Shown here piece after piece: positions 44,460 through 55,200 of a stretch of 64,000 nt of DNA. Numbering within the stretch: position 1 is the stretch's first letter; each line of letters starts with the position of its first letter. The notes under the pieces were generated by a model. It was not told where the DNA came from. It saw nothing but the letters and a program-made list of their open reading frames with translations, and did not search any database. The stretch covers positions 2,368 to 66,367 of the forward strand of contig CAMBDS010000002.1 in the NCBI GenBank assembly GCA_945865405.1. Direction: 5' to 3'. Source of the stretch: Caldithrix abyssi DSM 13497 (GTDB lineage: Bacteria; Electryoneota; AABM5-125-24; Hatepunaeales; Hatepunaeaceae). The position numbers and the translations under genes are program-made.

Positions 44460-45476
44460 TCAATTTGCCCGTTCCGGCAGTCCAGTCAGCTTTCGCACCT
44501 CACTGATCGTTTCGCGGGAAATTTGGCGGGCGGCGGCGGTGCCCTGGGTGATAATTTTGTCGATACGAGCGGGATCCTTCATCAGTTCGGCGCGGCGGGC
44601 GCGCATGGAGGACGTAAGCTCGACCAGAGCGTCAGCGACGGCTTCTTTCAGGTTGACATAACGAAGAGTGCCAGCTTTGTAGTCGTTCAGAAGGCTTTCG
44701 GCAACGTCGTTTTTATTGCAAGACTTAAGGATAGTCAACATGTTGGCGACGCCGGGACTGACGGTGACACCTTCAGGAAGGGCTCCTGAGTCGGTGACGG
44801 CGGTTTTGACCTTTTTGCGGATGGAAGACTCTTCCTCGAACAGACCGACAGTGTGCTTGTCGCCAAGGCTCTTCGACATCTTCTTTTCAGGATCGGCGAG
44901 CGACATGACCTTGGCGGCTTCGGTGAGAAGCGGTGCGGGCTCGGGGAAGTATTCGCCGAAGGAATAGTTGAACCGGCGGGCTATTTCGCGGGAAAGCTCG
45001 AGATGCTGAACCTGATCCTTGCCAACCGGAACCTGATCAGCGCGGTAGATCAGGATGTCCGCGGCTTGCAGGACGGGATAGTCGAAAAGACCTGCCGAGA
45101 TGAACGCGCCGCCTTCGCCCTCCACCTGATCCGACTTGTCCTTGAATTGCGTCATCCTGCCGAGATCACCGATGGGGGTCAGGCAGTTGAATATCCAGCA
45201 AAGCTCGGTGTGTTCAGGGATTAGCGACTGGATTATCAGCGTGCATTTGTCGGGGTTGAGACCGGCGGCGATCAAGTCGATGAACATTTGCCGCGTGTTG
45301 GCGCGAAGGACTGCCGGGTCGAACGGCATCGTCATCGCGTGAAGATCGACCACGCCGAAAATGCACTCGTGCGTTTCCTGCAGGCGGACGTAGTTGGCGA
45401 CAGCGCCAAAGTAGTTGCCGACGTGCATATCGCCTGTCGGCTGGATCAGTGATAAGACCCGGTTGGTAGTGATCAT
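44460..45476 (-). CDS. trpS: tryptophan--tRNA ligase
   Basis: 338 aa. HIGH-like motif is PTGDMHVGNYFGAV. KMSKS is present (KMSKSLGD). Confidence 0.9.
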   Translation of the reverse strand: MITTNRVLSLIQPTGDMHVGNYFGAVANYVRLQETHECIFGVVDLHAMTMPFDPAVLRANTRQMFIDLIAAGLNPDKCTLIIQSLIPEHTELCWIFNCLTPIGDLGRMTQFKDKSDQVEGEGGAFISAGLFDYPVLQAADILIYRADQVPVGKDQVQHLELSREIARRFNYSFGEYFPEPAPLLTEAAKVMSLADPEKKMSKSLGDKHTVGLFEEESSIRKKVKTAVTDSGALPEGVTVSPGVANMLTILKSCNKNDVAESLLNDYKAGTLRYVNLKEAVADALVELTSSMRARRAELMKDPARIDKIITQGTAAARQISRETISEVRKLTGLPERAN

Positions 45477-45674
45477 GAGGAAAGTTAAAGGTTGAAAGTT
45501 AAAAGTTTAATGGTGCCAGAGACGTCATGTGTCCGGGAAGTTAATATAAGCAATTTTTCAGATTTTTTGTGCGTAAAGGAAAGAGATATCCTTCCCCCCG
45601 ATCAGGTCAGGGGCTACGACCGTTCAGGATACATTCTGCCTCAGGCAGACGAGGACGTCTGCCTGAAAGAAACG

Positions 45675-45700
45675 GAAGCGCAAGCAAGCTTGCGCTTCCG
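45675..45700. repeat. perfect 26-nt palindrome ggaagcgcaagc-aa-gcttgcgcttcc in trpS-SDR intergenic region
   Basis: Read directly. 12-bp arms. Confidence 0.85.
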
Positions 45701-45712
45701 GAACTGGTAGAC

Positions 45713-45822
45713 GGGCGGACAGGAGTGTCCGCCCTCCAAGAGGATGTGTCTTGATGCTGGCATACGAGGGCGTCTGCCAGCGGATTAGAAGAGCGGACTG
45801 AAAGTCCGACCTCCAAGAAACC
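45713..45822. repeat. REP-like hairpin cluster, copies 2-3 (just 3' of SDR gene stop)
   Basis: ggcggaca-ggag-tgtccgcc CTCCAAGAG, then gctggcatacg-aggg-cgtctgccagc, then gcggact-gaa-agtccgA CCTCCAAGA. Shares arms and the CCTCCAAGA tail with copy 1. Confidence 0.7.
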
Positions 45823-46608
45823 TTACTGACAAGCTAATCGCCCGCCATCGACGGCAAGGCTGACGCCACTGATATATGCGGCGGCGGGAGTTGCCAGGAA
45901 GGCTACTGCGGCAGCGATCTCCTCCGGTTTGCCGAAGCGACCAGCAGGAATGGCTTGCAAGTTGATATTTTCGATGGCTTCGACCGATAGATTGGCGGCT
46001 CCTGCGCGGTGCTTGAAGAGCGAATCGAGCCGCTCGGTGCGAGTCATACCTGGCAGGATGTTGTTGACGGTGATTCCGTACTGACCAAGCTCCGCCGCCA
46101 ACGTTCTGCCCCAATTGGCGACTGCCGCCCTGAGGGAATTGGAGACACCCAAACCTCGCAAGGGTTGAAGCACAGAAGTTGAAAGAATGTTGATGATGCG
46201 GCCGTAACAAGCACTTTTCATGCCGGGGAGAAGCGTCTGGACGAACATCTGGTAAGCCATAAGGTGGCCTTGGATTGCATTGGCGAATTCGTCGGGGGCG
46301 GCTTCGGAGGCAAGGCCGGGCTTGGGGCCGCCGCTGTTATTGATCAGAATGTGGACTGGATTGGCCCATGCGAGCTTTTCCAAGCTGTCGTGGAGGGCGT
46401 CTTGGTCAAAAAGATCAAGTTCAACAAACGAGTGGTTGATGCTATCACAGGTTGGCAACTCAGCAAGAACTTGATGGAGTTTTTCACGGTTTCGGGCGAC
46501 AAGGATAATCTCAGCGCCGAGACCGGCGAGTTCAAGAGCAATGGCGCGACCAATGCCTTGGGATGAACCGAGGATCAGAGCGCGTTTCCCGTGTAGAGAG
46601 AGGTCCAT
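45823..46608 (-). CDS. SDR-family oxidoreductase (FabG-like)
   Basis: 261 aa. Rossmann motif is LILGSSQGIGRAIA. Catalytic YxxxK region is present. Confidence 0.8.
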   Translation of the reverse strand: MDLSLHGKRALILGSSQGIGRAIALELAGLGAEIILVARNREKLHQVLAELPTCDSINHSFVELDLFDQDALHDSLEKLAWANPVHILINNSGGPKPGLASEAAPDEFANAIQGHLMAYQMFVQTLLPGMKSACYGRIINILSTSVLQPLRGLGVSNSLRAAVANWGRTLAAELGQYGITVNNILPGMTRTERLDSLFKHRAGAANLSVEAIENINLQAIPAGRFGKPEEIAAAVAFLATPAAAYISGVSLAVDGGRLACQ

Positions 46609-46786
46609 TAAAATCTCGACGTTAGATTATGGCTTTCGACAGAAAAGAATTGGTAGATTTCTGACTTCTAAATAAGAGAATACGTAGCGGAAGGTGCAGT
46701 GTTAGGCAACTGGAACAAGATTGATTATATTATGAGCTACTTTACGCGTTAATACGCAAATCCTATCCAATAAAAGGAACATTTCC

Positions 46787-47674
46787 ATGCGTCTGATTAC
46801 CCGCGCCGACCTTGACGGCGTAGTTAGTGCCGTAATGATTACACAGATGGAAGATATTGAGAAAGTTGTTTACGCTCAACCCCAGGACATCGAAGACGGG
46901 ACAGTACGTGTCGAAATGGGAGACGCGATTGCCAATCTTTCAATCCATCACAACGCTGTTCTCTGGTTCGATCATCACGACCGCGCCGAGTCGATCCCGG
47001 ATGTCAACCCGCGCTTGAAAGGAAAATGGGGTGTAGCCCCGAGCGCGGCGCGACTCGTCTATGAGTATTACAATTCTCCCCGCCTGGAGAAGTTTGAGGC
47101 AATTGTCGAAGCGACCGACCGATTCGACAGCGGCCACCTCTCGGTCAACGACGTACTCGACCCGAAAGGCTGGTTCCTGCTCGGATTTACACTCGACCCA
47201 TACATGGGGTTGGCGGCTTTCACCGGTTATGCGAACGAAGTCGCAGCTGCAATCAAACACGGCTCGCCCATTGAGCAGATCCTTAATACCCACGACGTAA
47301 TGGCACGGGTACGGTTATACAAACGCGATGCGGATGAATTCAGAGCAGAAATCAGGCGATTGTCACAGCTTGATGGTAATCTGTTGATTACCGATACACG
47401 CAACGAGGAAGTACTTCCGGCGGGGAACCGTTTCCTTGCTTTCGCAATGTTCCCGGATGCCGCTTTGCAGGTGGTATTGACACATCACAGCGCCAAAGAA
47501 AAGGTGCGCCTCAGGGTTGCGAAGAGTATCTTTAACCGCACGTCGCAAGTTCATCTGGGCAGACTGATGGCGGAATATGGCGGCGGCGGCCTCGATGGGG
47601 CGGCCGGTTGTCTGCTTGAAACTCATGATGCTGACAACAAGATACCAGAGATCATTGAGAGGTTGCGGGGTTAA
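46787..47674 (+). CDS. DHH-family phosphoesterase (NrnA/RecJ-like domain)
   Basis: 295 aa. Motifs are ADLDGVVSAV and WFDHHD. Confidence 0.55.
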   Translation: MRLITRADLDGVVSAVMITQMEDIEKVVYAQPQDIEDGTVRVEMGDAIANLSIHHNAVLWFDHHDRAESIPDVNPRLKGKWGVAPSAARLVYEYYNSPRLEKFEAIVEATDRFDSGHLSVNDVLDPKGWFLLGFTLDPYMGLAAFTGYANEVAAAIKHGSPIEQILNTHDVMARVRLYKRDADEFRAEIRRLSQLDGNLLITDTRNEEVLPAGNRFLAFAMFPDAALQVVLTHHSAKEKVRLRVAKSIFNRTSQVHLGRLMAEYGGGGLDGAAGCLLETHDADNKIPEIIERLRG

Positions 47675-47692
47675 ATAGTAACAGACCTAATT

Positions 47693-47959
47693 ATGCCGGA
47701 GATAAGTCGATTTATGGGGATTGTGATTCAAATGTACATCGATGAGCACAATCCCCCACATTTCCATGCAGATTATGGCGAGTACCGCGCCGAAATTGAT
47801 ATTCGTACTCTCCAAATGATCACAGGCAATCTTCCTCCAAGGATTTTGCGCAAAGTCCTCTTATGGGCGTCAATTCACCAAGAAGAACTTTTGGCCAATT
47901 GGAATAACTTAAGATTGCAAAAACCTACAACAAAAATTGAACCATTGAGTAACAAATGA
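47693..47959 (+). CDS. DUF4160 family protein
   Basis: 88 aa. Signature is MPEISRFMGIVIQMYIDEHNPPHFHADY. Overlaps the downstream DUF2442 gene. Confidence 0.7.
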   Translation: MPEISRFMGIVIQMYIDEHNPPHFHADYGEYRAEIDIRTLQMITGNLPPRILRKVLLWASIHQEELLANWNNLRLQKPTTKIEPLSNK

Positions 47960-48288
47960 TTCCAAAAGTCAAATCAGTCACTCCCCTGCCCAATCTAAAA
48001 ATTGATGTCACATTTCAGGATGGTGTAACCGGCGTCATCGATATTGGTAAATCGCTGAAACTAATAGGCGTCCTGGAACCACTCAAAGACCCGGAATTCT
48101 TTGCGTTAGTTCATATCGGAAAGTTGAGCAAGTCCGTTACTTGGCCAGGTGAGCTAGATCTCGATCCGGTCATGCTCTATCACCGAGCAACCGGGAAGAG
48201 TATTAAGTGGATACTCGATCAAGATGATCCACCCAAACCGACACGAAAACGGAAAACAGAGACGTCGATTCAACCTGCCAAGCCTTAA
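47956..48288 (+). CDS. DUF2442 family protein
   Basis: 110 aa. Partner of DUF4160, with a 4-nt overlap. Confidence 0.7.
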   Translation: MIPKVKSVTPLPNLKIDVTFQDGVTGVIDIGKSLKLIGVLEPLKDPEFFALVHIGKLSKSVTWPGELDLDPVMLYHRATGKSIKWILDQDDPPKPTRKRKTETSIQPAKP

Positions 48289-48297
48289 TAGCCTGAA

Positions 48298-51200
48298 CTA
48301 CTCTCTTTTCAGAATCACCGCTCCCAACGGCGGCAGTGTAATCAGCACCGAATCTGGTCGCCCATGAAATCCTTCGCCCGTTGAGTAAACCTGCCCGAAG
48401 TTGCCTTTGCCAGAGCCAGCATAGTGCTCGGAATCGCTGTTGAATAACTCCTTCCAAGTTCCTCCCCACGGAACGCCCAGCCGGTAATCGAAACGAGTTT
48501 CCGGCGTAAAATTCAAAACTACCAATACACACTCACTACGATCACGATTCCAGCGAAGATAGCTGAGCGAAGATCCTTCGGCATCGTTACAATCAAGCCA
48601 CTCAAAACCAGCCACATCACAATCGAGTTCGTACAGAGCAGATTCTCGCCGGTAAATCTCATTCAGGCTTGTGACGAGCTGCTTTAGCCCGGAATGGTTT
48701 GGGTAGTCAAGTAGATGCCAGTCGAGACTGCGGTCGTGATTCCACTCTGACCACTGCCCAATTTCCCCACCCATGAACAACAACTTTTTACCCGGCTGAG
48801 TGAATTGAACCGTCATCAACAAGCGAAGGTTGGCGAATTTCTGCCATGCATCACCCGGCATTTTGCCGATCAGTGAGCCTTTGCCATGGACGACCTCGTC
48901 GTGCGATAACGGGAGGACGAAGTTCTCATGCCAGGCGTAGAGCATACGGAAGGTGAGAGAATTGTGATAATATTTACGGTGGATTGGGTCTCGCGAAAAG
49001 TAGTCGAGAATGTCGTGCATCCAACCCATATCCCATTTGTAGCCAAAACCTAATCCGCCGAGGTAGGTGGGTCTTGAGACGGCGGGCCATGAGGTTGACT
49101 CCTCTGCCATAATTTGGACATCGGGGTAACGGGAATAGACCTCTTCGTTAAAGCGGCGGAGAAACGAGATGGCGTCGAGATTTTCCCGGCCGCCATAATG
49201 GTTGGTTATCCATTCGCCTGCTTTGCGTGAATAGTCGAGGTAGAGCATCGAGGCGACGGCATCGACTCGCAAACCGTCGGCGTGGAATTTATCGAGCCAG
49301 AACAAGCCGCTTGAGAAGAGGAAACTGCGGACTTCGTTACGGCCATAATTGAATATAAGGCTCCCCCAGTCGGGATGGAATCCCTGCCGGGAGTCGGCAT
49401 GTTCGTAGAGGTGCGTACCATCGAAATATGCGAGACCGTGCTCATCGGAGGGAAAGTGTGACGGAACCCAGTCGAGAATGACGGCGATGTTGTTCTGGTG
49501 CAAGACGTCAATCAGATGCATCAGATCCTGGGGAGTTCCATATCGACTTGTCGGGGCGAAATAGCCGGTTGTCTGGTAGCCCCAGGAACCGTAAAAGGGA
49601 TGCTCCATGACCGGCAGGAACTGGACATGTGTGAATCCGAGGTCTATCAGGTAAGACGGTAGCTGTTCGGCAAGTTCACGGTAGCTTAGGGAGCGTTCGC
49701 CTTGCTCAACAACTCTGCGCCAGGATCCGAGGTGCATCTCGTAGATCGACATTGGTGCATCGAGGCGATTCTTCGCGCCTCGACCCTCCATCCAAGTTGA
49801 GTCGCTCCATTTGTAGTCAGTATTCCAGACCTTCGAGCCGGTTTTGGGGGAAGTCTCGGCGTGAAAAGCAAAGGGATCGGCTTTTTCAACCTGAAATCCG
49901 TTAAAACGGCTTTTAACGAAGTATTTGTAGGTGGTGGTGGCTGTGATTCCGGGGATGAAGGCTTCCCAGATGCCGGAGGAATCGTTCGTGAAAAGCGGGT
50001 GGGTTGTGCGATTCCAGCCGTTGAAATCGCCGATCAGATGGACAGACTCGGCGTCAGGAGCCCAAACGGCGAAATGTGTGCCCGCGACCCCATCGACTTC
50101 TCCCAAGTGAGAGCCGAGCTTTTCATATAGATTTAGGTGGGAACCTTCGTTAAATAGGTAACAATCGTCTTTGGTAAGCCTGAAATATGATTGGGACGAC
50201 CCAACGGTTGTTCCTATAACTTCTTCTGAACTTTTGATTATTGGAGTCGCTCCTGATGCGACTTCGTTCTTTTTTCTCCCTGCCATAGTAATTGCTCTCC
50301 CCCGTTTTCCTACCAGTTCTTTTATTTGATCTGCAATTGTAATATCTGTAATGATTTCATCAAGTGATTTGGTGAATTTCTTGCGCCAATTGGGAATTGG
50401 ATCGACGGTTCCAGGTCGGTTTTGCGACTCGGTTTCAGCCCAGAGGTCTTCGATATTGAGAAGAACTACTGATGAGTCGCTCGCTGCGAGTAGGTTGTGT
50501 GCCGCGCGTATGGCGGTTTTTGTATCTTCTCCTCCTTCGGGCCAGACATTTTTTGCGAGCGCTTCTTTTCTAACGGCAGCACGAAACCTGCCTCGCTCCT
50601 GGCGCGAAAGCCCTTCTTGTCGCTCATCCAACCACCCCCACTCACTCCTCTCATTGATATCTGACTCCTGCCAGTACCCAGCAAAAGGGACGAGATCGTG
50701 GGTATTGAGCGAAGCAATCGAATTAACAGGAGGAGGTTTAATCTCTGGATCACTCTGGGAATCTGCCTCGAACGGCAATACATAGAGCCGGAGGGCTGCT
50801 CGCCGGTTCATCTCTTCGCGCACCTCATCGGGGACGGTGCCAAGGTCTTCACCGACAATTTCGCACCTGTTCAGATGCGATTCGAGGGATAGAATTGCCC
50901 AAAGTTCTTCAGCCGGATATTTGACGTATACGCCTTCGCTGGCGGGCATACCATCAGGTACCCAGAAGAGCCTATGCAGGCCCGTGACGTGGTCGATGCG
51001 AAGAAGACTGGCGATGCTGGTGTGGCGGCGGATGACTTCACGTAGATAGGCATGGCCTGTTCGGCGAGAGACTATGGGGTTTATTGGAGGTATCCCCCAG
51101 ACCTGACCTTCGGGTCCCAACGGATCGGGTGGTGCACCGATACTCATTCCAGAAACAAAGATATCTTTGTATTTCCAGAGATCATATCCTTGTGAGTGAG

Positions 51201-52248
51201 ATCCGAGCGGGAGGTCGAGGTAGAGTCCTACGCCGAGCGACTCACTTTCGGTAACTAATTCGGTCAGTTGGGTCGCAACGATCCATTGGGTGTAGATAAA
51301 GTACTCGATGAGTCGTTCGGGAGGGAAGTCGTTCTTTGCTTCGGACACTGAACGGAAGCGAGCATATTCAATGAGATCGGGGTTAGCCTCGACAAATAGA
51401 CGCATTTCTGCATTGCGTGGAGATTCTGCATCGCTACAAACTTCCTCTGAAAGCAGTTCCAGAATTTGGCGCTTCAACGCGGCAGTCCGGCGATAATCTA
51501 CGTAGATGAAATCCGCGAGAGTCTTTCGCTCTTTCTCGATAGCGGAAGTTGCGACGAGACGATGAACTCGAGAAGAAGACCGATATTCAGGCAATCGACG
51601 TAAATCGATGTAAAGTTCGTTCCAGAAGAGGCGGCTGAGCGGTTGGTAGGGACTTGGGTCGCACGGATCGGCAAGAAACTGCGCAGAGAGAGGCAGTGTT
51701 CCTACTACATCGACGCCACGCTTGACTGCCCAGCGGATCAGCTCGCGAGCGTCGCCAAAATCACCAACTCCCCACGATGAATTCGAACGTAAGGCATAAA
51801 ATGGCGCGAAAATTCCGAGGCGTTGGACGGTCGGACTTTTTTGATAACATTTTGAAGGAGCTGATATTACCAACGAAATGGTTGTGGTACCATCCTGCGT
51901 TTGTTCCAGATTGAAATAACCTATTGGAAGAGGTTGATTTAGGTCGATACTCGCTCCGCCCTGCTCCGGAGTGATCCTGATATTTCCCGCCCCGAGCGAC
52001 GGGCAGTGGCCATCCCAAGCGACAATGACAGAAGAATGGACATTCGGTGACGATTGCCCTGTACGTTCTGCGAGGAGTTCCTCAGCATGATTGGGATCAT
52101 CTATATGAACTCCGAGACTTCGCAAAGCCGCCATTAACGAATCGGGGGAGGCATAACAGACCTCCCCCGACAGATTGGTATAACTCGTCAAAACACCTGC
52201 CTCGTCGGCAAGTCGTTCCAGAGCATTGGATATTCGCGATTCGTTCAC
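48298..52248 (-). CDS. fusion of 4-alpha-glucanotransferase (MalQ, GH77) and 1,4-alpha-glucan branching enzyme (GlgB, GH13)
   Basis: 1316 aa, continuous ORF. The N-terminal half has WGVGDFGD (GH77) and an actinobacterial-type MalQ N-terminus. The C-terminal half has the GlgB motifs FAVWAPDAESVHLIGDFNGWN, YEMHLGSW, GFTHVQFLPV, DWVPSHFP, GLRVDAVASMLY, AEESTSWP and KWDMGWMHD. Confidence 0.8.
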   Translation of the reverse strand: MNESRISNALERLADEAGVLTSYTNLSGEVCYASPDSLMAALRSLGVHIDDPNHAEELLAERTGQSSPNVHSSVIVAWDGHCPSLGAGNIRITPEQGGASIDLNQPLPIGYFNLEQTQDGTTTISLVISAPSKCYQKSPTVQRLGIFAPFYALRSNSSWGVGDFGDARELIRWAVKRGVDVVGTLPLSAQFLADPCDPSPYQPLSRLFWNELYIDLRRLPEYRSSSRVHRLVATSAIEKERKTLADFIYVDYRRTAALKRQILELLSEEVCSDAESPRNAEMRLFVEANPDLIEYARFRSVSEAKNDFPPERLIEYFIYTQWIVATQLTELVTESESLGVGLYLDLPLGSHSQGYDLWKYKDIFVSGMSIGAPPDPLGPEGQVWGIPPINPIVSRRTGHAYLREVIRRHTSIASLLRIDHVTGLHRLFWVPDGMPASEGVYVKYPAEELWAILSLESHLNRCEIVGEDLGTVPDEVREEMNRRAALRLYVLPFEADSQSDPEIKPPPVNSIASLNTHDLVPFAGYWQESDINERSEWGWLDERQEGLSRQERGRFRAAVRKEALAKNVWPEGGEDTKTAIRAAHNLLAASDSSVVLLNIEDLWAETESQNRPGTVDPIPNWRKKFTKSLDEIITDITIADQIKELVGKRGRAITMAGRKKNEVASGATPIIKSSEEVIGTTVGSSQSYFRLTKDDCYLFNEGSHLNLYEKLGSHLGEVDGVAGTHFAVWAPDAESVHLIGDFNGWNRTTHPLFTNDSSGIWEAFIPGITATTTYKYFVKSRFNGFQVEKADPFAFHAETSPKTGSKVWNTDYKWSDSTWMEGRGAKNRLDAPMSIYEMHLGSWRRVVEQGERSLSYRELAEQLPSYLIDLGFTHVQFLPVMEHPFYGSWGYQTTGYFAPTSRYGTPQDLMHLIDVLHQNNIAVILDWVPSHFPSDEHGLAYFDGTHLYEHADSRQGFHPDWGSLIFNYGRNEVRSFLFSSGLFWLDKFHADGLRVDAVASMLYLDYSRKAGEWITNHYGGRENLDAISFLRRFNEEVYSRYPDVQIMAEESTSWPAVSRPTYLGGLGFGYKWDMGWMHDILDYFSRDPIHRKYYHNSLTFRMLYAWHENFVLPLSHDEVVHGKGSLIGKMPGDAWQKFANLRLLMTVQFTQPGKKLLFMGGEIGQWSEWNHDRSLDWHLLDYPNHSGLKQLVTSLNEIYRRESALYELDCDVAGFEWLDCNDAEGSSLSYLRWNRDRSECVLVVLNFTPETRFDYRLGVPWGGTWKELFNSDSEHYAGSGKGNFGQVYSTGEGFHGRPDSVLITLPPLGAVILKRE

Positions 52249-55200
52249 TCGGAAACTTCCAGAAGCTGCAAAAGCCCTCTGAGCGGGATATCGATCCAGG
52301 TCGGTCGATTATTCAATTCGTAATCCAACTCGTAAAGCGCTTTGTCAAGCATATAGATACGAACCATAAAGTTCAGTTCGGCGTCGTCTTTTGGAAGAAT
52401 TCCAGCCTTGCGAATCGACGGTACGTAGGAACTGAGGAACGAAGCCGCTGTCCAATCACTCCAGTAACGTCCCCAAGGCTCGAGGGTGATTTTCTGATCT
52501 TCGGTCAGGGCAAGCTGAGAAATAGGGCCTGTTAGTGCCGCTTCAGAAGCATAATGAAATGATCTTATCATCCCGGCGACATCTTTCAAGGGCGACCTTT
52601 TGATACGTCGTTCGCCGATGGAGCGCGACGGTTCGCCCTCAAAGTCGATCACGACATAATCGTTCCCGGAACAGAGCATTTGCCCCAAATGGTAATCACC
52701 ATGGACGCGAATGCGGAGCGTGTTGATCTGCGCGTCCTTGACACGGCGGAACTTTTCTTCGATCTGAGACTGGCTCTTCAGGACTTTTTGCGCAAGTGGG
52801 CGGCTGATACTGCCGAGAGCGTCGAGTCCCCCTTTGAGCGAAGCGAGAGTTTGGCTGGCACGAGCGAGCATTCCGTGGCTGATAGAACGAAGATATAGCT
52901 CGGAAAATTCCTCAGGTTCAAAAGCTGCCCCACCGCCTTTGCTGGTGAGGGCAAGGTGCATCCCGGCTGTCCGCTCGCCGATTAGTCGGGCTTTTTCGAG
53001 GTAAGGGCCAATCAGTTCCCGTACTGAGTCGGGGATGCCGTGAAGTGCCGCCCAGTTGCGGTCGGGAAGTGGAGTGACATCGAGACGCTTTTCAGGAGGA
53101 AGCACCAGTACCGACTCGTAGAAATGTCCGAGGTTATCAAGCGCTTCGCTCCAGGCATCGCCTTCGCTGGCAACAAAGTTTTGCAAGACAGCGAGGGTAT
53201 ACGCCGGTTTTCCTTTGACATTGTAATCGAGGGAACCGAGAATTTGTGGAATTCTCGTGAACTCACTTTTTTCGGCGAGGTGCCTTCCAATCTCAAGCTC
53301 GGGGTTGACTCCGCCTTCGACCCTGCGGAACAACTTAAGATTAAGGCGATCCGAGAAGTTGATCGAGCTGTTTGACTGCTCACGACCCATCGGACGAGGT
53401 TTCAGGCTGGAGTCGGTTATAGTAGAGTTTAAGAGATCAGATGGGAAAAGGACTCCTGTAATTTCGCCGTGCAAACCTTTGATAACTTTACGTTTGCGAA
53501 CCGCATCAAGTAGGGCGAGGCTACACTGGGTGACGTTTGTAGATTCGATTAAATAGTGGTGGTTGAGGGCTCCGCGATGCTCTATCGAAATGCTACAGAT
53601 AGCCTCTTTTTCGAGATTGCTTCCCCCATCTTTGCCCGCAACGGTCAGTGGAATCTGGTAAATCTCCGGCTCACCCTCAGTGAACTCGACTCTGACAAAG
53701 ATCAGCTTGGTCGGGTGGTCGCTATTGGCAATCGGGAACTCTTCCTGGAGGTGCAGGGCCTGAATAACCTTACCCTTGCTTCCAAACCAGCGCCTTGTCG
53801 GCAGCCATGCAGTGAGCAGGGGGACTAACTGATTCCATTTAGTGGATTGAAGAACCTCGTCCCAACTCTCGGAAACTGACAAATCTATTAAAGTACGTCG
53901 AAGAGTCGACTTTTTGTCACTCGAGGCTGACTTACGTTTAAGGGAGAACCAGAGGAACGAGTGAGGGCCTACGGTTAGGACATAGGGGTTGGTTTCGACT
54001 TTCGGGAAGCGCGTCTGCCCGAAAAGTTCGACGGGGGTAGCACCTTGAAATTCAGAGAGGTTGAGTTCTGCCGCCTGCGCAAATCGTGAGAGGTTGGCAA
54101 CAACAAGAATCGTTTCGTCTTCATGCCTGCGCAAATAAGCGAGGACTTTGCGATTTGCCGGGAAGAGGAACTCGAGGCTGCCAAGCCCGAAAACGGGGTG
54201 TTTTTTCCGGAGAGCGATCAATCTTTTCATCCACCAGTAGAGGGAGTGAGGGTTGCTCTGGCCGTTTTCGACATTGACAGTCTCGTAGTGATACTCGGGG
54301 TCGATGATGACCGGGAAGTAGAGCTTCTGCGGGTTGGCTCTGGAAAAGCCGGCGTTGCGGTCGCCTGACCACTGCATCGGTGTGCGGACGCCGTTGCGGT
54401 CGCCGAGATAGACATTGTCGCCCATGCCGAGTTCATCACCGTAATAGATGATCGGCGTGCCGGGCAGACTGAAGAGTAGCCCGTTCATCAACTCAATTTT
54501 GCGTCGGTTATTGCCAAGAAGAGGAGCCAGTCGCCTGCGGATTCCAAGATTAACGCGAGCCTGCGGATCGGCAGCATAAACGCGGTACATATAGTCGCGC
54601 TCCTCGTCAGTCACCATCTCGAGGGTCAGCTCATCGTGATTTCGAAGAAATAGTGCCCACTGGCAAGAGGCGGGAATGGCTGGCGTCTGGTCGAGGATTT
54701 CGATAATCGGAAAGCGATCTTCCATGCGGACAGACATAAAGAGCCTCGGCATAAGCGGAAAGTGGAATGCCATCTGGCACTCATCGCCTTTACCGAAATA
54801 AGCGATGGAATCTTCAGGCCACTGGTTCGCTTCGCCGAGAAGCATTCGCCCCGGGAAGTTGGTATCTACATGTGACCGTAGTTGGCGAAGGTACTCGTGT
54901 GTCTCAGGCAGATTCTCGTTGTTAGTACCATCCCGTTCGTAGAGATAGGGTACCGCGTCGAGCCTTAAGCCATCGACCCCCATCCCGAGCCAGAAATCGA
55001 GCACCTTGAACATCGAGCGGCGAACCTCCGCGTTATCGAAATTAAGGTCAGGCTGGTGGTGGTAAAAGCGGTGCCAGTAATACTGTTCGGCTATCGGATC
55101 CCAACTCCAGTTGGACGGCTCAAAGTCTTGAAAGATAATCCTTGTCTCACGATAGCGGTCAGGATCGTCGTTCCAAACATAAAAGTTGCGGTAACGACTG

